A stretch of DNA of 64,000 nt from Eledone cirrhosa (lineage: Eukaryota): NCBI GenBank assembly GCA_964016885.1, contig OZ024740.1, positions 351,416,001-351,480,000 of the forward strand. Reading direction: 5' to 3'. Shown here piece by piece: positions 25,261 to 40,500 of this stretch. A program made the translations under genes and the position numbers. The number at the start of each line of letters is the position of its first letter. The first letter of the stretch is position 1. The notes beneath the pieces were generated by a model, which saw only the letters and a list, made by a program, of their open reading frames with translations, was not told where the DNA came from and searched no databases.

Positions 25261-26175
25261 TTCTTCCTGCTATTTCAAGTGTTAACCTAATATATTCCTT
25301 CTATATACTGTACCGATTGTGTTGTTATTTCTGTTTACCTTTTAAATACATATATATATATTGAAAAAATTAAAACATTTAGGGTATTTAAAAATCACGT
25401 ATTGTAGGGAAAATAGGGTTTGAAAAATGCAATAACTGACCTTTTGGTTATTTTGAAGCTTTCTGTATTAATGTTCCAAGTGATGTGATGATTATTTATA
25501 TATTTTTGTTTACCTTTACCGGTTTAAACTATATTTACAGCCATTTTAAAAAGATTTTTGTTACTGGCTTTCGAAACGAGTTTTTTGTCTCACATTGGAC
25601 AAACCTAAACGAAAAACATATATATTCACCCTACATTTCATCATACATCGAGTACTATCCTGATTTGAGACCTTTCTGGTCTTCGCACCGCAGAGACTTT
25701 ACACACACACACTCACACGCAAAGAGAGAACTCGATGCTACAGAGCAAATAGTGAAATACATTTGTGTGTGTTTGTTGACCTTTCTGCTTATGAAATTAA
25801 TGTGGAAGTGACTGAGTGTTCCATAGATACGTGTCCTTAAAGTAATTATCAGGACGATTCATCATAATATAGTGGGTGACAAAGCTGGTTCTTTCAATTA
25901 TAGCTACAAATCATTTTTGCCAAATTGAATGGACTAGAGCAACGTAAAATATAATACTTTGCTTAAGGAGACATCGCACCACCAGAAATCAATCTCATGA
26001 CCGTACAGTCGTGAACTGAACACTCTAACCATTAAGCCTTGCGTTTTCTCTGGTGAAATACAAGATGGAATGGAAGAATGGATAAGAGAAGATGTAGTCC
26101 AATTAACACAGAAGATATGAAAAACTTAAGGAAGTAAGCGCTCTACAATAGAGATGGGGAATTAGAGTGAGTGAA

Positions 26176-26252
<77 letters not shown>

Positions 26253-27135
26253 CAGACAGAAGCAGTGAGAGAAAGCAAGAATGAGAAAATGTTGTGATAA
26301 ATGAGTTGGAGGGCGTTGGGAGATGTGGAAAAGCTGAAGAGAAAGATGTTTTTTTTCTTTTCACAATGGAATTTTAAACCTAAAAAATCATGAAATATTA
26401 GGTAAAAGTGTAAAGCTTTATTTTGTTTTATCTTAGTTCATTTTTTTTTTTTTCACTCTCTTATTTCTAACATGCATTATACTGGTTTTCCAAAAACAAT
26501 CTTAACTGCATATCTTGCAACAATACTTCACATAAATTCTAGAGAGGAGGCATATAGAGATACAGAATGAGAGAAAAAATAATGAAACACGTGAGTGAAG
26601 CAGTAAGAATGAAAGTGATGGAAGATGTAAAGAATAAGTGAAAGACAAAATGAAACGCAAGAAAGTAAAACAAGGCCTGAAGCAAAGTTATTAAGAATTT
26701 CTACAAGGAGGCAGAAAAATATGCTCCGTCATTTTTTTATGGGCACTATACTAGAGCTTAAATAATTTTACAAATGTTTAACCGTATATTCTATTACTTT
26801 GCTCTATTTCTTACGTTTACGTCATTTCCCTAAAAGACATTATCTAAATAACTTTCACAAATATACACGTCTAGCATCATTCAATTATAATTAATGTCCT
26901 TGGCTTAAAATGAACCGAGTATGAAGATCATAATCAATCATGATAATTAATAATTAAAAATGAATGGCGGAAATAATATGTTGTATATTTGATAATCAAA
27001 TCTTGTATAGACTTTGAATTTGTCATATATAGAAGGAGGCTGGGTTGTCTAAGAAATAACTATTGGGATCTACACATTACCATTTCTGTAGAATTGTTTG
27101 TTAAATATTTAGAAAATGCTTGCATAGCATATACA

Positions 27136-27332
27136 TGAGGGCGGCTGAAAGGTTCATAGGCTGACCAAGATACTCTCATGGGATGACCAAATGAGGTTTA
27201 TTTTTCAACACAGTCCTTGGAAAGATACAATGCAATTATTGATAAGAAGAGGTGAAATGAATGCATGCAAGATTTTACAGCTCTATCATCACTCTTTCAT
27301 AATCAGCCTATGAACTTTTCAGCCGGCCTTCG
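27136..27332. mobile_element. Mariner-type MITE
   Basis: TIRs GAGGGCGGCTGAAAGGTTCATAGGCTGA / TCAGCCTATGAACTTTTCAGCCGGCCTTCG, followed by TA. Confidence 0.8.
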
Positions 27333-30300
27333 TACTTTCGATTAAGAAGTGAATTTGAAAAATACCTATGTATTCTCTTGGAGATTACATCCAGTTATTT
27401 ATAACTGTGCTTGAATCCCCACCATCAAAGATTACATTTGGGTTCTCTTAAATAGGAACTTCGGCCCTCTCACGTCGAAAGTAAGAATCATACTCCTAAA
27501 TTAACGAACTAGCATTTTTTTTTTCCCTAAAAACCCAACTTTCCAAGTTTATTGCTTGAACGTTTAGTAATATAACTATGCAATCTAATGATTAAAGATG
27601 TAAATATGAATCCATTATCATGTCAAGATGTTGAAGATTTAGTAGCAATTGTTCATAAACATTCTATTTTTACTGATTTTGAACGAAATCCATAAATCTG
27701 TTAAGTAGCTGAATTCCACAATAGTATATGGTTTCTGTTTTGTCGGGTAGTTGTGTTTGCAATTGTCTTGGTTTCTGTTATAGGAATGTTCGCTGACATT
27801 CAATATGAAGTAACTCGAACCACCGAGAGAGCCTGTTCATGGTCGCTCCACATGCTAAAAATAGTAGTTAAATAACGTTCTGTCGTCTATAATACACTAC
27901 CAGAAGAAAAGGTGGTATGGTCGTTGCTTAAATGACCTTCGGTGATAGGTCTGACTGCTCTATCAGGGCTGATTATTTTATGTACTCCAGGGCAGTCTTT
28001 TCTATAAATGGCTTTCGATAATTGTTCAACAGCTGTTGATTACATCTATAATTCTACAGATATGTGAAATAATCGACATTTTCGTTTGCATGTTCGTTAT
28101 TTATATCTCCCTTTCGTTTTTGTTGGATTGCAAAATCATAATATTCGGCATACAATGTGATATAACTACAACCCTTGGTTTTCTCTTGAGAGTCAAAAAT
28201 ACTTTATTCCTAATCAGTTATTTACCATCTACAAATCTATCGTTACTGTGAACTCCTATTACATATTTTGGACTATGCCACCACATTCTTCCTATACAGA
28301 ACTGCAAGCACTCCAGAAATCCCTCCATGTCTACGTTTTTGCTCACAGGCATCAACCTCTTCATGAAGGCCTGCACAAATCATGGTTGCTGCCCTTTCTC
28401 TCAGACTAAATAATTTACAACAGTATTTGTATGTATGCTTCTTTAACAAGTTGTAAATATTTAAACCAATGTAATAAACATAAGAGTTTATGTTCGTAAG
28501 CGTGTTTGGAGGTGTATGTGGGGGGTCCATAGTTTTATGAAAAGTAAGTTATTTATATTTGAGCTCTTTAAGCAAGGTTTAAAAGGTTCACTCCGCGCAA
28601 GGTTATGTCACAATTAGATATAAATGTCCTTTAATCTTCTGGACTAGTCAACTGCATATTCTCTCAACTGAGGCCCACCAACACCCGAACCATCTCTTCT
28701 ACCGTCATTCTTACTGTGACTCCCCACCCAGCCCCACAGGAAACACTTCTAGCAACTCTCGTAGCCCAGAATTGAAATCTTATTAAGTTCCTTCCTTGCT
28801 CACGTTTTGATTTGCAGTTACGGCCTACAACTATTCAACATGAAAATCAATTTGACCAGTCTGAGAAGATTACTGTGATCAAGGCCGTTAAGCTTCCTTT
28901 TATGATTAACATATATAAAATAAATCATCGTTTCTTTACAGTCGTATATAGCATGTATAGTCCTATTCAAATGAACTATGGTGTTCTAATATTAGATTAA
29001 CAAAACAATATTATTATCATTATTAAATAAGCCCTGCCGATACAGGCTGAATTTTCTGAATTTGCTCTCGGCAAATAATTTTGGTCATTCCTTCTGAAAC
29101 TCCTTAAATATATTTTGGCCCCTGTGGTGTACCAATAGAATCATATTTATATTTTGTCTATGAAGAGGACATTACGAGACGTCAACTGTTACTATCATTG
29201 TTTAGTCCCAGGTCAGTTTTGATTGAACATTTCAGTCGTTAATGCCCTGCTATTTATTCAGGCACACTGTATAAAAAAACATATTAACTCCCATATCCTT
29301 CCATTTTGTATAAAAGGAGTGAATTTTAGGAAATTACGGCTGCTAGATGTCGAGTGACAGCGTAAGTGTTTCCTCTATGAAATTTCAGTCCTTAATTTCC
29401 TTACAGCTTCACTATTTGAGATTGAAATTTATTTATTTATTCTTAACCCAAATCCAGGGTTCCGTCAGGCTGGGTTTTGTTCCGTTTTCATTGGCTTTAA
29501 GCAACTGAGAGCACAAGAAAGCCCTTGCGTTGTTAACTCCCACCTGCTACAGATGCTCTGGAGCAACATGAAATAAAATGCCTTGCCCAAGGATACAACG
29601 TGCCACCCGGTCCGAGAATCCCATTCAATGACCCGAAGACCAACCTCTTAAATACTTGACAGCGTGCCCGTCACAATGGTCTCGGGTTGGTGAAGTGACA
29701 TCTGAAACTATGGACACAACCTCTTCCCTCAGACCGAACCAATTAAAAATGGAAAAACAAAACAAAAAGATCTCATTCCCCTTCACCATAACACTTATAA
29801 TACAGGGCGTATAAGGCAGATGAAAGAAAAACAAACTTAATAGCTATAGTTGTAAATAAATAATGAAGCACCGTCATATCCTTTAAGCATTCCTAACATC
29901 TGTAAACGTATACAGTTCATCTACATAAATATACTCGACATCTTCGCTCGTGTTCATAGTTATTTATTTGCTAATGTTATGTTTTACACGTCTAATGTCT
30001 GATTTAATGTCTCACACGATTTTAAAATACTTGTATATAAATAAATATTCTGATGCAACCTTATCTGTTTTCCTGTAACTTGTCTATATAAAATAAAAAT
30101 TTTAAAACAGGTTCATTGCCTTGATATGATCTGTAATTACATACATGTGTATTCTCAGCGAGCAACGAAAGACTTCGTGTTAATACGAATGTATCATTAC
30201 GTATTGTATGTAAACGCTTTTTTCCTATACATTTGTGCAGATGTTGTCAGCTACACATTCAACGTTTCTCAATTTACGATGTATGATTTGATATTTCTTC

Positions 30301-30408
30301 GTTTTTGTATGTATGTCAGTGTTGTATAACTGTCAGATAGTTAACTCTTTGTTTCAATATAGATAATTGACCATAGATTGCAAACAGTAAATTTTACACA
30401 CACACATC

Positions 30409-30445
<37 letters not shown>

Positions 30446-30533
30446 GAAGGTGAGTAATATTGTAGAACAATAAAACTATGCATATATCATATAAGTAGCA
30501 CTCAACAGTTGGTAGAACTAGAGTATATATAAT

Positions 30534-30797
30534 AAAGAAGAAATTAAAAGATGGTTAAAAGAGTTCCATATATTTTATTATGCGCATTTCGAATACAAAA
30601 TCATCCTGGGACAAAAAGTGGTAAGTCTACATATGTAGACTTAGCACTTTCCTGTAAACAAGTGGCATTATGCTTCATATCATGTTACCTTATTTTATCT
30701 GATGAGAACACAATTTTTGTCCCAGGATGATTTTGTGTTCGAAATGCGCATAATAAAATATATGGAACTCTTTTAACCATCTTTTAATTTCTTCTTT
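30534..30797. mobile_element. Fold-back hammerhead-bearing element
   Basis: 84-bp inverted arms 30534-30617/30714-30797; homologous to about 40-230. Confidence 0.85.
30691..30760 (+). ncRNA. Type I hammerhead ribozyme motif
   Basis: TATTTTAT-CTGATGA-GAACACAA...TTGTGTTC-GAAA-TGCGCA-TA-ATAAAATA. Confidence 0.9.
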
Positions 30798-31277
30798 TTA
30801 TATATATATATATATATATATAAATATAACAGGGTGTTCCATAAAGTGTATACACACTTCAACAACATTCTAATAAATATTGCCTGTACAGGTAATCAAA
30901 ATGTGTATGCATTTTGGGGGGGTATATGTATATATTTATTTATTTGTGTTCCAGATATATATATATAGTTATATATAGGGGGGGGTGTTGTGTGTATGTG
31001 TGTGTAATGGGTTGTGTTATTTGTTTTATAGTGCTTGCGTTTCAGTGCAAAGTAAGAAGAGTAAGCTATAGGGAGCTGAGAGGGAGAAGCTAAAATATAA
31101 TAAAATACAATTAAAGAGATAAAACTTGGTAGGGATAAAAAGAAATAAAAATAGTATATATGCATATTTTCCCAAAAAGATGATTGACTGAATGTACACG
31201 TGCTTTTTCTCTAAAAACATTTTTTTACGGTTCCTTCCTCTTCCCACTCTCTATTTCTTCTTTTATTTTTCATTCTA

Positions 31278-31313
31278 TCTTCTGATGAAAGACTAGTGTC
31301 CGAAACGTAAAGA
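31278..31313 (+). ncRNA. Minimal PLE-type hammerhead
   Basis: TCTT-CTGATGA-aaGAC tagt GTCc-GAAA-CG-TA-AAGA. Confidence 0.7.
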
Positions 31314-31405
31314 CTCTTATCCTACTATATCAAGTGCTATACTAAAATATTTCTTCATTGGGCAGACATGTCTGAAAATACCGTTTTAATATATAGCTTT
31401 AACAT

Positions 31406-31587
31406 AATTGTTTCTACTTTAGGCACAAGGCCAGCAATTACCCAGTGCATTACTGGTACTTTATTTTATCGACCCCGTAAGGATGAAAGGCAAAGTCAAC
31501 CTCGGCGGGATTTGAACTCAGATCGTAAAGGGACGTAACTATGCTGGAAAGCATGGTGTCCGACCCTCTACTGATACTGCCAATCCA
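31406..31587 (-). mobile_element. SINE family 1
   Basis: Near-identical to 13305-13486. Confidence 0.88.
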
Positions 31588-31639
31588 AACATAATAAATA
31601 CTAGAAAGCCAAACCCAACACATATAACATGATTATCAG

Positions 31640-32640
31640 CGAATTCAAAACAACTTTAAGATCCACACTAGAGTAAGACGCTTAGCTAAATGTGATGTCT
31701 TCATTGCTCTGAAATATCACAAACCTGACTGTAAACTGATCACCCCTGAAAGAACAAAGTTAAGACTAGCTGGTAAAAAATGTTAAGAGAAATTAATGCA
31801 TGTATTATTAATGACACCAACCTTTCATTATGGAATAATACATCTGTCATATCCTGGTTCACAGATATGCTCTCTAGGAATAGGGATAAATTTACGCAGT
31901 TCGATATATTTGGTTTTTACCCCTTTATTTCTATGCCCCTCCTTAATAATGCTTTAGACTTCACCAGTTCTTTTGGATACATCAGCGACCAGGAATTAGA
32001 ACTAATATTCCACGCCCGAAGAACCTTCCTATCTAATAACGTAGTTACATGTGCAAAAACAACCTGAACCAGGTACTGATGTATGTGATTTTACTGGATT
32101 ATACATCCTTCATAATCTTAAATGTAAGTTTCTCAACCACTCATTTATTCTATACTGAGCGATGATCTTTTGTTTGCATATAATTACAGTGACCACATTC
32201 TAGACATTTTCCATAAGGATTTAATTGGCACTTTTCGCACACTAGGACTTTAGATAACTGTAGACACAAACCTCACTAATGCCAATTTCTTTGATATTAA
32301 CTTAGACCTAACCACAGCTTCGTATAAAACATACAATAAACCTGACGAAAAATTAAAATATATTAACAGAGGATCTTGCCATCCCCTTCACACGGATTTT
32401 TAAACACTAGTTTCTAATATGAGCCGTGGAATCTCAAAACTATCAGCTTCCAAGGAGATATTCGATAAGGATGCACCATACTACAACCAGGCCCTCCAAG
32501 ATAGTTGCTTCAAAGACACGATTAACTACACACCAAATCAACTCCAACACAACCATACAAAGAATACCAATAGAAATAGCAAAAGTGGCTGGTTCTCCCC
32601 ACCCCGACTCCCATTCTCTTAACGTAAAGACAATCGAAGG
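31640..32640 (+). pseudogene. Degenerate Hydra-type PLE reverse transcriptase
   Basis: FTQFDIFGFYPFIS..LLNNALDF, NFFDINLDL, ISKLSASKEIFDKDAPYYNQAL, WFSPP; stops and deletions. Confidence 0.85.
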
Positions 32641-33429
32641 TATGAAGTACTTAGATCTAACGGAAATCGGGACATAATCGGTTTCATATGGCTTTAAGCA
32701 AGGGAAAGTACAAGACTCTTCCTTGTGTAGCAAGTATTATAATAGTTCTCTCTTCTTACTGAGAGTTTTTACTTTAAAATATCTTTAAAATCATTATATT
32801 TTATGTAAGGAATGCAGTATCATTTTTATTTCAAAGCAAAAGTTCATTTGTAAGTTCGTATTTTTTCCTTGCATAAAAATGAATATACGAATTTTGTATA
32901 GCTTTTTCAAAATCCAAGGAGATCAAAACATTTCTTTTAAATGGGCACAAAGCATGCAATTGTGCTTATGATAATCCAAAATTTTAAACAGGAATTTCAT
33001 AACTTTCATTTGATTGAAACGACAATACAAAGTCTTTTTTCAGGTATAGAATATATATGATCTATTATACGATAACATTGCTTTCGTGTTTCACTTTGAA
33101 TAATCAATAAACAATCCAACATCTGCTTTGTATAGGATTAACATTATTTGTTCAATTAGCCCTTTAATATATTTTGTAGTAAATAATTGAATTCTCCTTT
33201 GTAAAAGAACGTCCTAAACTATAGAATAGACTACACAAAATTGTTTCTTTTCAAAGCAGATTTTTCCTTTAGCTTTGATCTTAAAGATATGTATTCGAAA
33301 TATTATGTAAAAGCTTAACAGTAATATTCTATTAGTTAAGATAAATAAGACAATGTAAATAATAGATTGATTTTGACATTTGAAAACTCACAGAAATTGA
33401 ACTATTATTATATATTAGATTAGATGATT

Positions 33430-33465
<36 letters not shown>

Positions 33466-33856
33466 GCCCTCGCTCTTTATCTCGCTCTCCTTCGTTCTCC
33501 TGTGTATATCTAAGTGAACAGGCGTGTACTAATACCGTACACGGCAAATGTTTGATTCATTAAAATATCCTTCGCGAAGAGAGAAGAGAAATTTCTAGTG
33601 ACATTTGTTTGCAACTGTGAATGAGAAGGGGTGATAATTTCAAGAAATTAAGAATGAATTAGTGGTTGAATTAACATGCTTAAAAAAACAAGAAAATCTG
33701 ATTTTCGTTTCAGCGGCGAGGAACTACTACGGGTACCTGTTTCGACTTATCCTCATAGCATAGTCCCTTTCGTCTCTAAATTGATACATACAATGTAACA
33801 TTGCTGCTCTCGGGTAAATAAGAAAAATCTAAAGATTTCTAATAGTATGAAGTTAG

Positions 33857-34069
33857 ATAACGGAATCGATGGTGGATGTATTAATTGGTGTACATGACAA
33901 ATACTGCTGTTTCGGTATTGTTTCTTGTTTAATATGAAATGTCGGTGTATACAAACTCCTCGACAAGGAGTTTGTATACACCGAAATTTCATATTAAACG
34001 GGAAACAATACCTAAACGACAGAATGTGTCATGTACAACAATTAATACACCCACCATCGATTCCGTTAT
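33857..34069. repeat. ~104-bp-arm imperfect palindrome
   Basis: ATAACGGAATCGATGGTGG...CAAACTCCT cgaca AGGAGTTTG...CCACCATCGATTCCGTTAT. Confidence 0.9.
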
Positions 34070-35095
34070 ATTATTAACAACGGAAATATATTCCAAAAAC
34101 ATTATAGATATACAATGAAACAACGAAAAAATGAGAGAGCCTTTACATGATCGCTTGACTTAGCAGAAATAGCAATCGAATTTTCTTCGCATTGGTTTTA
34201 TGAAACTTGCTATGGACCACCAAAACCTTTTGCTGTGGACCAGTGGTAGTCTGCATGAGTCACATTGTACATCTTTGCCTTATAGTATGGAGAGTAAGCG
34301 AAATAAAATGACTCTACAAGTAATTGAACCTACATTACAGAGCTAACCCCCTGCCGTGAATCAGTGCTCGTTTTTCTTTTGGTGTTTAATTTAAAGTAGC
34401 TTGCGTCATAGAAAACATGCTTAATTTTCATTCTCAAAGCCTTGCGGCTAATATACACAAATCATTTCTCTTCTAGTACAAGTTATTAACATAGAATAGA
34501 AAAAGAAAACGTATACTCTATTAGATATATTTCTTAATTATGTATACATTTTATTATATTCCGCTTTTTTTCTTTTACCTTGTTTATTTTTTCTGTTGTT
34601 GTTATTTGTATTTTGTGGCTTACCAAAGTGAACTCAGTGAAGTAAGACTAAAATTGCCGAGAGAACATTTTGCACTGTAAATGACTTCAGCATCAAGTTC
34701 TTTGTGTTATAATCTAACATCCACTTTGAGGCAATCAATGAGATTCCCACACATAACAGTGTTCTGCTTCACAAAGCACCAGACTCCTCTCAGATCGACG
34801 TTTACCCGCGAGATTTGTTAAGAACTGATTCTGATTAGTTTCGGCTGTTCGTAACATATGATACACTGGAGTAGTTCACTCTGGAATCGGTAGATATAAG
34901 ATTAGATTAGCTATCACCTCTTTCAGACAAGTCTTCTATAATTTTGCTTTTTGCAGAAGGTTGTTTCTTTGTTTGTTTGTTGTTGTTTTTTCATGGAAAT
35001 AAAAACAATTATACAACAATCCATCAATAGTGTTACTCTTCTTTCTCTCTCTATCTATCTCTCTCTTTCTTTCTCTCTCTCTATCATAAACACAC

Positions 35096-35145
<50 letters not shown>

Positions 35146-35706
35146 GCAAGCTTATATACATATACATATGCGCGTGCGTCTTTATGTATATGACGAACCA
35201 CACACTCATTTAGATGGATGGATAGATGGATAGATGGATAGCTAGATAGATAGTCTGAATTTTGTCTTAGAATTAGAATTTGAAATCAATGAAATTTTAT
35301 TTCGACCACTCCGAAATCTTTTAGAAAACATCCAAGTAAATACACAAACATTCCCAGATAAGTTTACTAAAGGTTCACATTCGAGATTGCTCTAACACAA
35401 CGCGATTCAGAATTATACATAAACATATACAATATGTTTATATATAATAAATATATATATAGTTTTGCTGTGAGTACTTTAAGCTGTGATTACATTACAG
35501 TTATCTCAATACCAATGTAAGAGCACGCATTTTACACGCATTTTAGGATTATTATTCACCTTCAACAGACGCTTACTCAGTCGGAGATAGTATTGTATGA
35601 AATACAATAATGTCTATAGATTTTGTTTCACTATTTTACAGATACTGCAAGCTAGACTTACTAACTCAATTGATTCAGAATAAAGGTGCATACGGAGCCA
35701 TAGACA

Positions 35707-35760
<54 letters not shown>

Positions 35761-36316
35761 AACATAATTATCATCTCGCTGTGACTAGTTTAAGCTGTGA
35801 TTATATCACAGCTACCTCCGTATCCCAATTTCATGTTACCATCCGATAAACTGATATCGCGTTCGAACCTGATATCAATTTACACACACACACTGTTCAT
35901 ATTAATTCCCTCTTTGATTTAGCTAAAGATGATAAATTCTAAGGTTTAACACTCTCAGAACGTTTAGTATAAAAAAAACCCGTGACATATACAACATTGT
36001 AGTCTCAAAATGCGAAAACATATGAAAGATATTGTCACAAAATTTTGATTTAACATTTTCATCATATCTTATTTAAAATCGACTTCTACTTAAACCCGGG
36101 AATCTGAACACAATTTCAAGTTGCTGGGAAGTAAAGTGAATTGGAAGTAATCTAAAATCGTTACACGGTGTAATAACACTCTCTTTATAAGAGTCCATAT
36201 AAATTGTAAAAGGCCCTTAACTCCTCCCCGAGTAGACGCAACGCCGTCATGACATACAGCATGTCATGGGTGTTTTTTTAAAGCTGACGGATCTAATTCC
36301 TATCCAGGTCGGATAT

Positions 36317-36318
<2 letters not shown>

Positions 36319-36415
<97 letters not shown>

Positions 36416-36473
36416 GCGCGCGCGCATACACATATGTATATATGTATATATATATATAGAGAGAGAGAGAGAA

Positions 36474-36531
<58 letters not shown>
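36319..36531. repeat. Compound (CA)n(CG)n(TA)n(GA)n microsatellite
   Basis: Direct reading. Confidence 0.95.
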
Positions 36532-36536
<5 letters not shown>

Positions 36537-37583
36537 TTTTTTTAACTATGGAAGGCTAGATTTACATACCAAATTGGCTTCACATAGCACATACATATTT
36601 TATAGTTCAGAAAGAAAACGCTGACTTGGCAGAAACTCTAAGCTAATTACTTACCAAACCTTGTGTATAAAGTTTAAACAAGCTGCCTCAAACAATTCCC
36701 ATAAGACCATTGTGAGTCCAACAATATAGTGACCGAGGAGCAAGCAAGTGGAAAGAAGAGAATATGAACAACGTTTGATAAATAAAACTGTACTGTCTGA
36801 AATAGGAAAATGTCAAAGAAAACAATGTGGCAGTATATCTTGATTACAGAAAAACAATCCTTACACTTATAACTGGAAGCAAAGCAATTTTGCTTTGATT
36901 TCAAAAGAATATTCCAACGAATATTCTGTCCGTGCTTCTGTTTATCTTGGCACTAAATCTTCTGTCATTTCTTTGACGAAAATCTAATGGTTATGTGTTG
37001 CAACATGCAACAACAACAGATACTATTGCAATCCATAATTTCTTTGTAGATTATTTGAAGATCTGCGAATCTAAAAATGTTTGCAATGCTGAGAAACAGC
37101 TGGAATTAATAAAACACTTTCATGTGGAATTTGGTCAAAAACATGTTCGTGTTTGATAGTTGACACAGTGAATATTTGAAAGAAATTACAAAAATTATCC
37201 ATTTGGGTTTCCTAGAATGACTATATGCGCACAATTACATGCGTACATGAGGCATACACATATATACGCAAAGATAAATAAAGCACACATTAAAAAAAAA
37301 ACATTTGTACACAAAAGAGACATCTTGAATAGACCCTTGACATGAATACGAGCACATACACTTACATATATGAGCACATACACTTACATATATGAGTGCA
37401 TACACTTACATATATGAGTGCATACATATTACATGTATGCACACATTAACACATATTCACAAACAAATCTCTGGAGCTGTTTTCACTCAAACAAATATTT
37501 GTGTAATATCCGACTTGAATTCTATGAAAAAACTGAAATAAATCTCAAAGAAAATATACGTACATACATACATACATACATAC

Positions 37584-40500
37584 AATGGCGACCGTTGTGG
37601 TCTTTGTCCGATAATCGGACGTGAGTAATTACGGCTTACATGAAGGCAACATACCATATATTGGAAAAAAGTTGAGCTACATTACGCGGTAAGATTACAT
37701 AGAATAATTCTACATAAGTGTTTGAACTGTAAGTGTGTTGTAAAACACCTATTTATATGAACGATACATACACTTTAACATAGAAATGCAACGTTGTTAT
37801 ATTACATTTATAAAGAAATATGCAAGTAACGTTTTCGATTCAGAAACAAAAACATAAGTGTTTGAACTGTGAATATGTTGTGAATAAGTTGTAGAACACC
37901 TATTTATATGAATGAATGATACATAAACTTTAACATATAAATACAGCGTTGTTATATTATATTACATTCATAAAGAAATATACTAAGTAACGGTTTTTTT
38001 TTTTGTTCTCGATTCAAACGATTCAAGAACAACGTTTAAAACACAGTTGTAGAATTAAAAACTAACTGAAAAGAAATATTACCCAAGCTGTGAATAATTT
38101 TAAATTTGATTCTGACAGAACTTTGTCGAAACTTTTAAAGAAGATCATCGACTATTTTGAAAATTAAATACAAAATATTAGTGAATAGACGAACTCATCA
38201 TGGCAAAACGTACAAGTCTCCTTCGACCAAATCGCAACTACAACCGTTGTATACAGTGGAGCTACGAGCTTAACAAAGAATTATATGAAGCATACAAACA
38301 ATCTGAACCCCAAAAGTTCGGTTTTATGCAAAGGTTAAAATTTTATGGAACTCCAAATACCCAGAATTAGACTTTTCTCCAAAGCATTTAAATGAACAGG
38401 CAAAACGTATCATTAGATGTAAATTGATACATCTAACGGAATTGAGTGATAATACAAATACAGCCCTTGTAGACAACCACCCCACCTCTACTGACAGACA
38501 AAGAGAATGGCCAGCTAAATCTAACAGTGAACAGCTCACCAACAATTTTGCTGAAATCCATCCCACTTCCACTGAAGAACAGCGAGAATGGTCAGCTAAC
38601 TCTAGTAGTAATTGTCACCACATCAACAACGAGGCTGAAATTCATGACTCTACTGTACAAATAGAACACCAAAAACTTGTGGACACCTTACAAGTGATAT
38701 CGGACGATATGTTTCAAGAGATACACAGCCTTAAAATGAGTGACAGACCATACAACACCAGAATCAGTAAAGAACCCACTAAATTGGAATTGGAAGCGCT
38801 GAACGAAATAGCTGAAAATTATCTGAAGGCTATACGATTTAAAGGTGTAGAAACGACATTTGAAACGCTTAATATTTTGTTATATGTTTCAGCTGTCACA
38901 TTTCTATCGTATAACAAACATCTAAAACCACGCAATCAAGATACAAATAAAAAGCCTGAACCAGCGTGGATGCGAAATTTAAAAAACGAATTTTTTTCTC
39001 TGAGACGAAGTATCTCACACATCGCAGTCGTTATGAAATGCAACATAGCGAGCAACTTCACGCGACACCAGGAAGACCTAAAAAAAAAAGTTAGAAAGAC
39101 GATTTGGAGATACAAAATTTAAAACTTTGAACTCCAAATTACACCAGTTGAAACAACAACTCACAGCTACAACAGAAAGACTAAAATATAAGTCAACATC
39201 ACATAAACGACAAGTGCTAAATAGATTGTTTGCCAGAGATCCTAAATCAGTTTATCGCAGCTTCGGTGGCAAAAGCTCAATTTCTGTAAATGACACCCCT
39301 TCAAAAGAACAGGTTGAGAGCTACTGGAGATCTGTATGGGAAACGGATGATGGATTCAACAGACAAACTAATTGGCTAAAAGAACAGGAACAGGACTACT
39401 GCCAACATGTCCAGACAAAACAATATGACATAGATGGGTCAATACTGGAAACAGCTCTACAGAAAATGTCGAATAGGAAATCACCAGGCCCAGACCTCAT
39501 TACAGGATACTGGTTGAAGAATTTCACTTTCTATCGGCAAGATCTCATACGGCTGTTTACAGAAACCATTAAAGGCACACAAGAACTGCCCAGATGGTTA
39601 TTAACTGCCACTACTCTCCTCATTCCCAAAAATAGCCAAACCACCCTTGCTAAAAATTACCGCCCAATAGCCTGCCAAAACATCATGTATAAATTATATA
39701 CTGGGTGCCTTAACCTGTTCTTACAGGATCACTGTGCTACCAACAACATCATAACACCTGAGCAAGCTGGTGGAAAGAGGGAGGTGTGGGGTTGCATAGA
39801 TCACCTACTAACTAATAAAATTATTCAAGAAAAAACAACAAAGAATCGCAGAAACATGACTATGGTGTGGCTGGACTATCAAAAAGCATTTGATAGTGTA
39901 CCTCATGGGTGGATTGTTAAAACTTTACAGTTAACCAAAGTCCCACAACCACTGGTAGCTGCTGTTGAACGTCTGACCAAGAACTGGTACACCAATTTGA
40001 TTCTTAGAGGTGAGAAGGAGCAAGTTAAGACTGATAAGATACAGTACCAGAAGGCAATCTTTCAGGGTGATGGCTTGTCAGTGCTACTCTTCGTTCTCTC
40101 ACTAAATCCACTATCTTACCTACTCAGGAAACAAGGTGGACAAAGAAGTGGGTCCAGAAGTATCTCCCATCTTTTCTTTGTTGATGACCTGAAGTTGTAT
40201 GGGCCAAATATCAATGACATCAAGAAACAATTGGCCCTCATTACACAATTTTCAACAGACATCAAAATGAAATTTGGTGAGTCCAAGTGTGCATATTTGG
40301 CAGTAAAACGGGGAAGAGCTATGCCCTCCTCTAGAAATCTAGAGATGAACGGCCTGACAATACAACTCTACAGTCAGTTGACAACTACAGATATATTGGA
40401 CAGGATGAGAATGTCAGATATGATGGACCCATAAATAAGGAGAGAACCAGAACTGAATACCTCAGAAGAGTAAAGAAAATATGGTCATCAGAACTGTCAG

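Noticed and set aside
28340-28700. Possible decayed DNA transposase remnant (similarly 36660-37140)
   Set aside because: Motifs too degraded to assign by eye.
34600-34930. Possible host exon (higher-complexity unique sequence)
   Set aside because: No convincing ORF, splice pair or recognisable protein motif.
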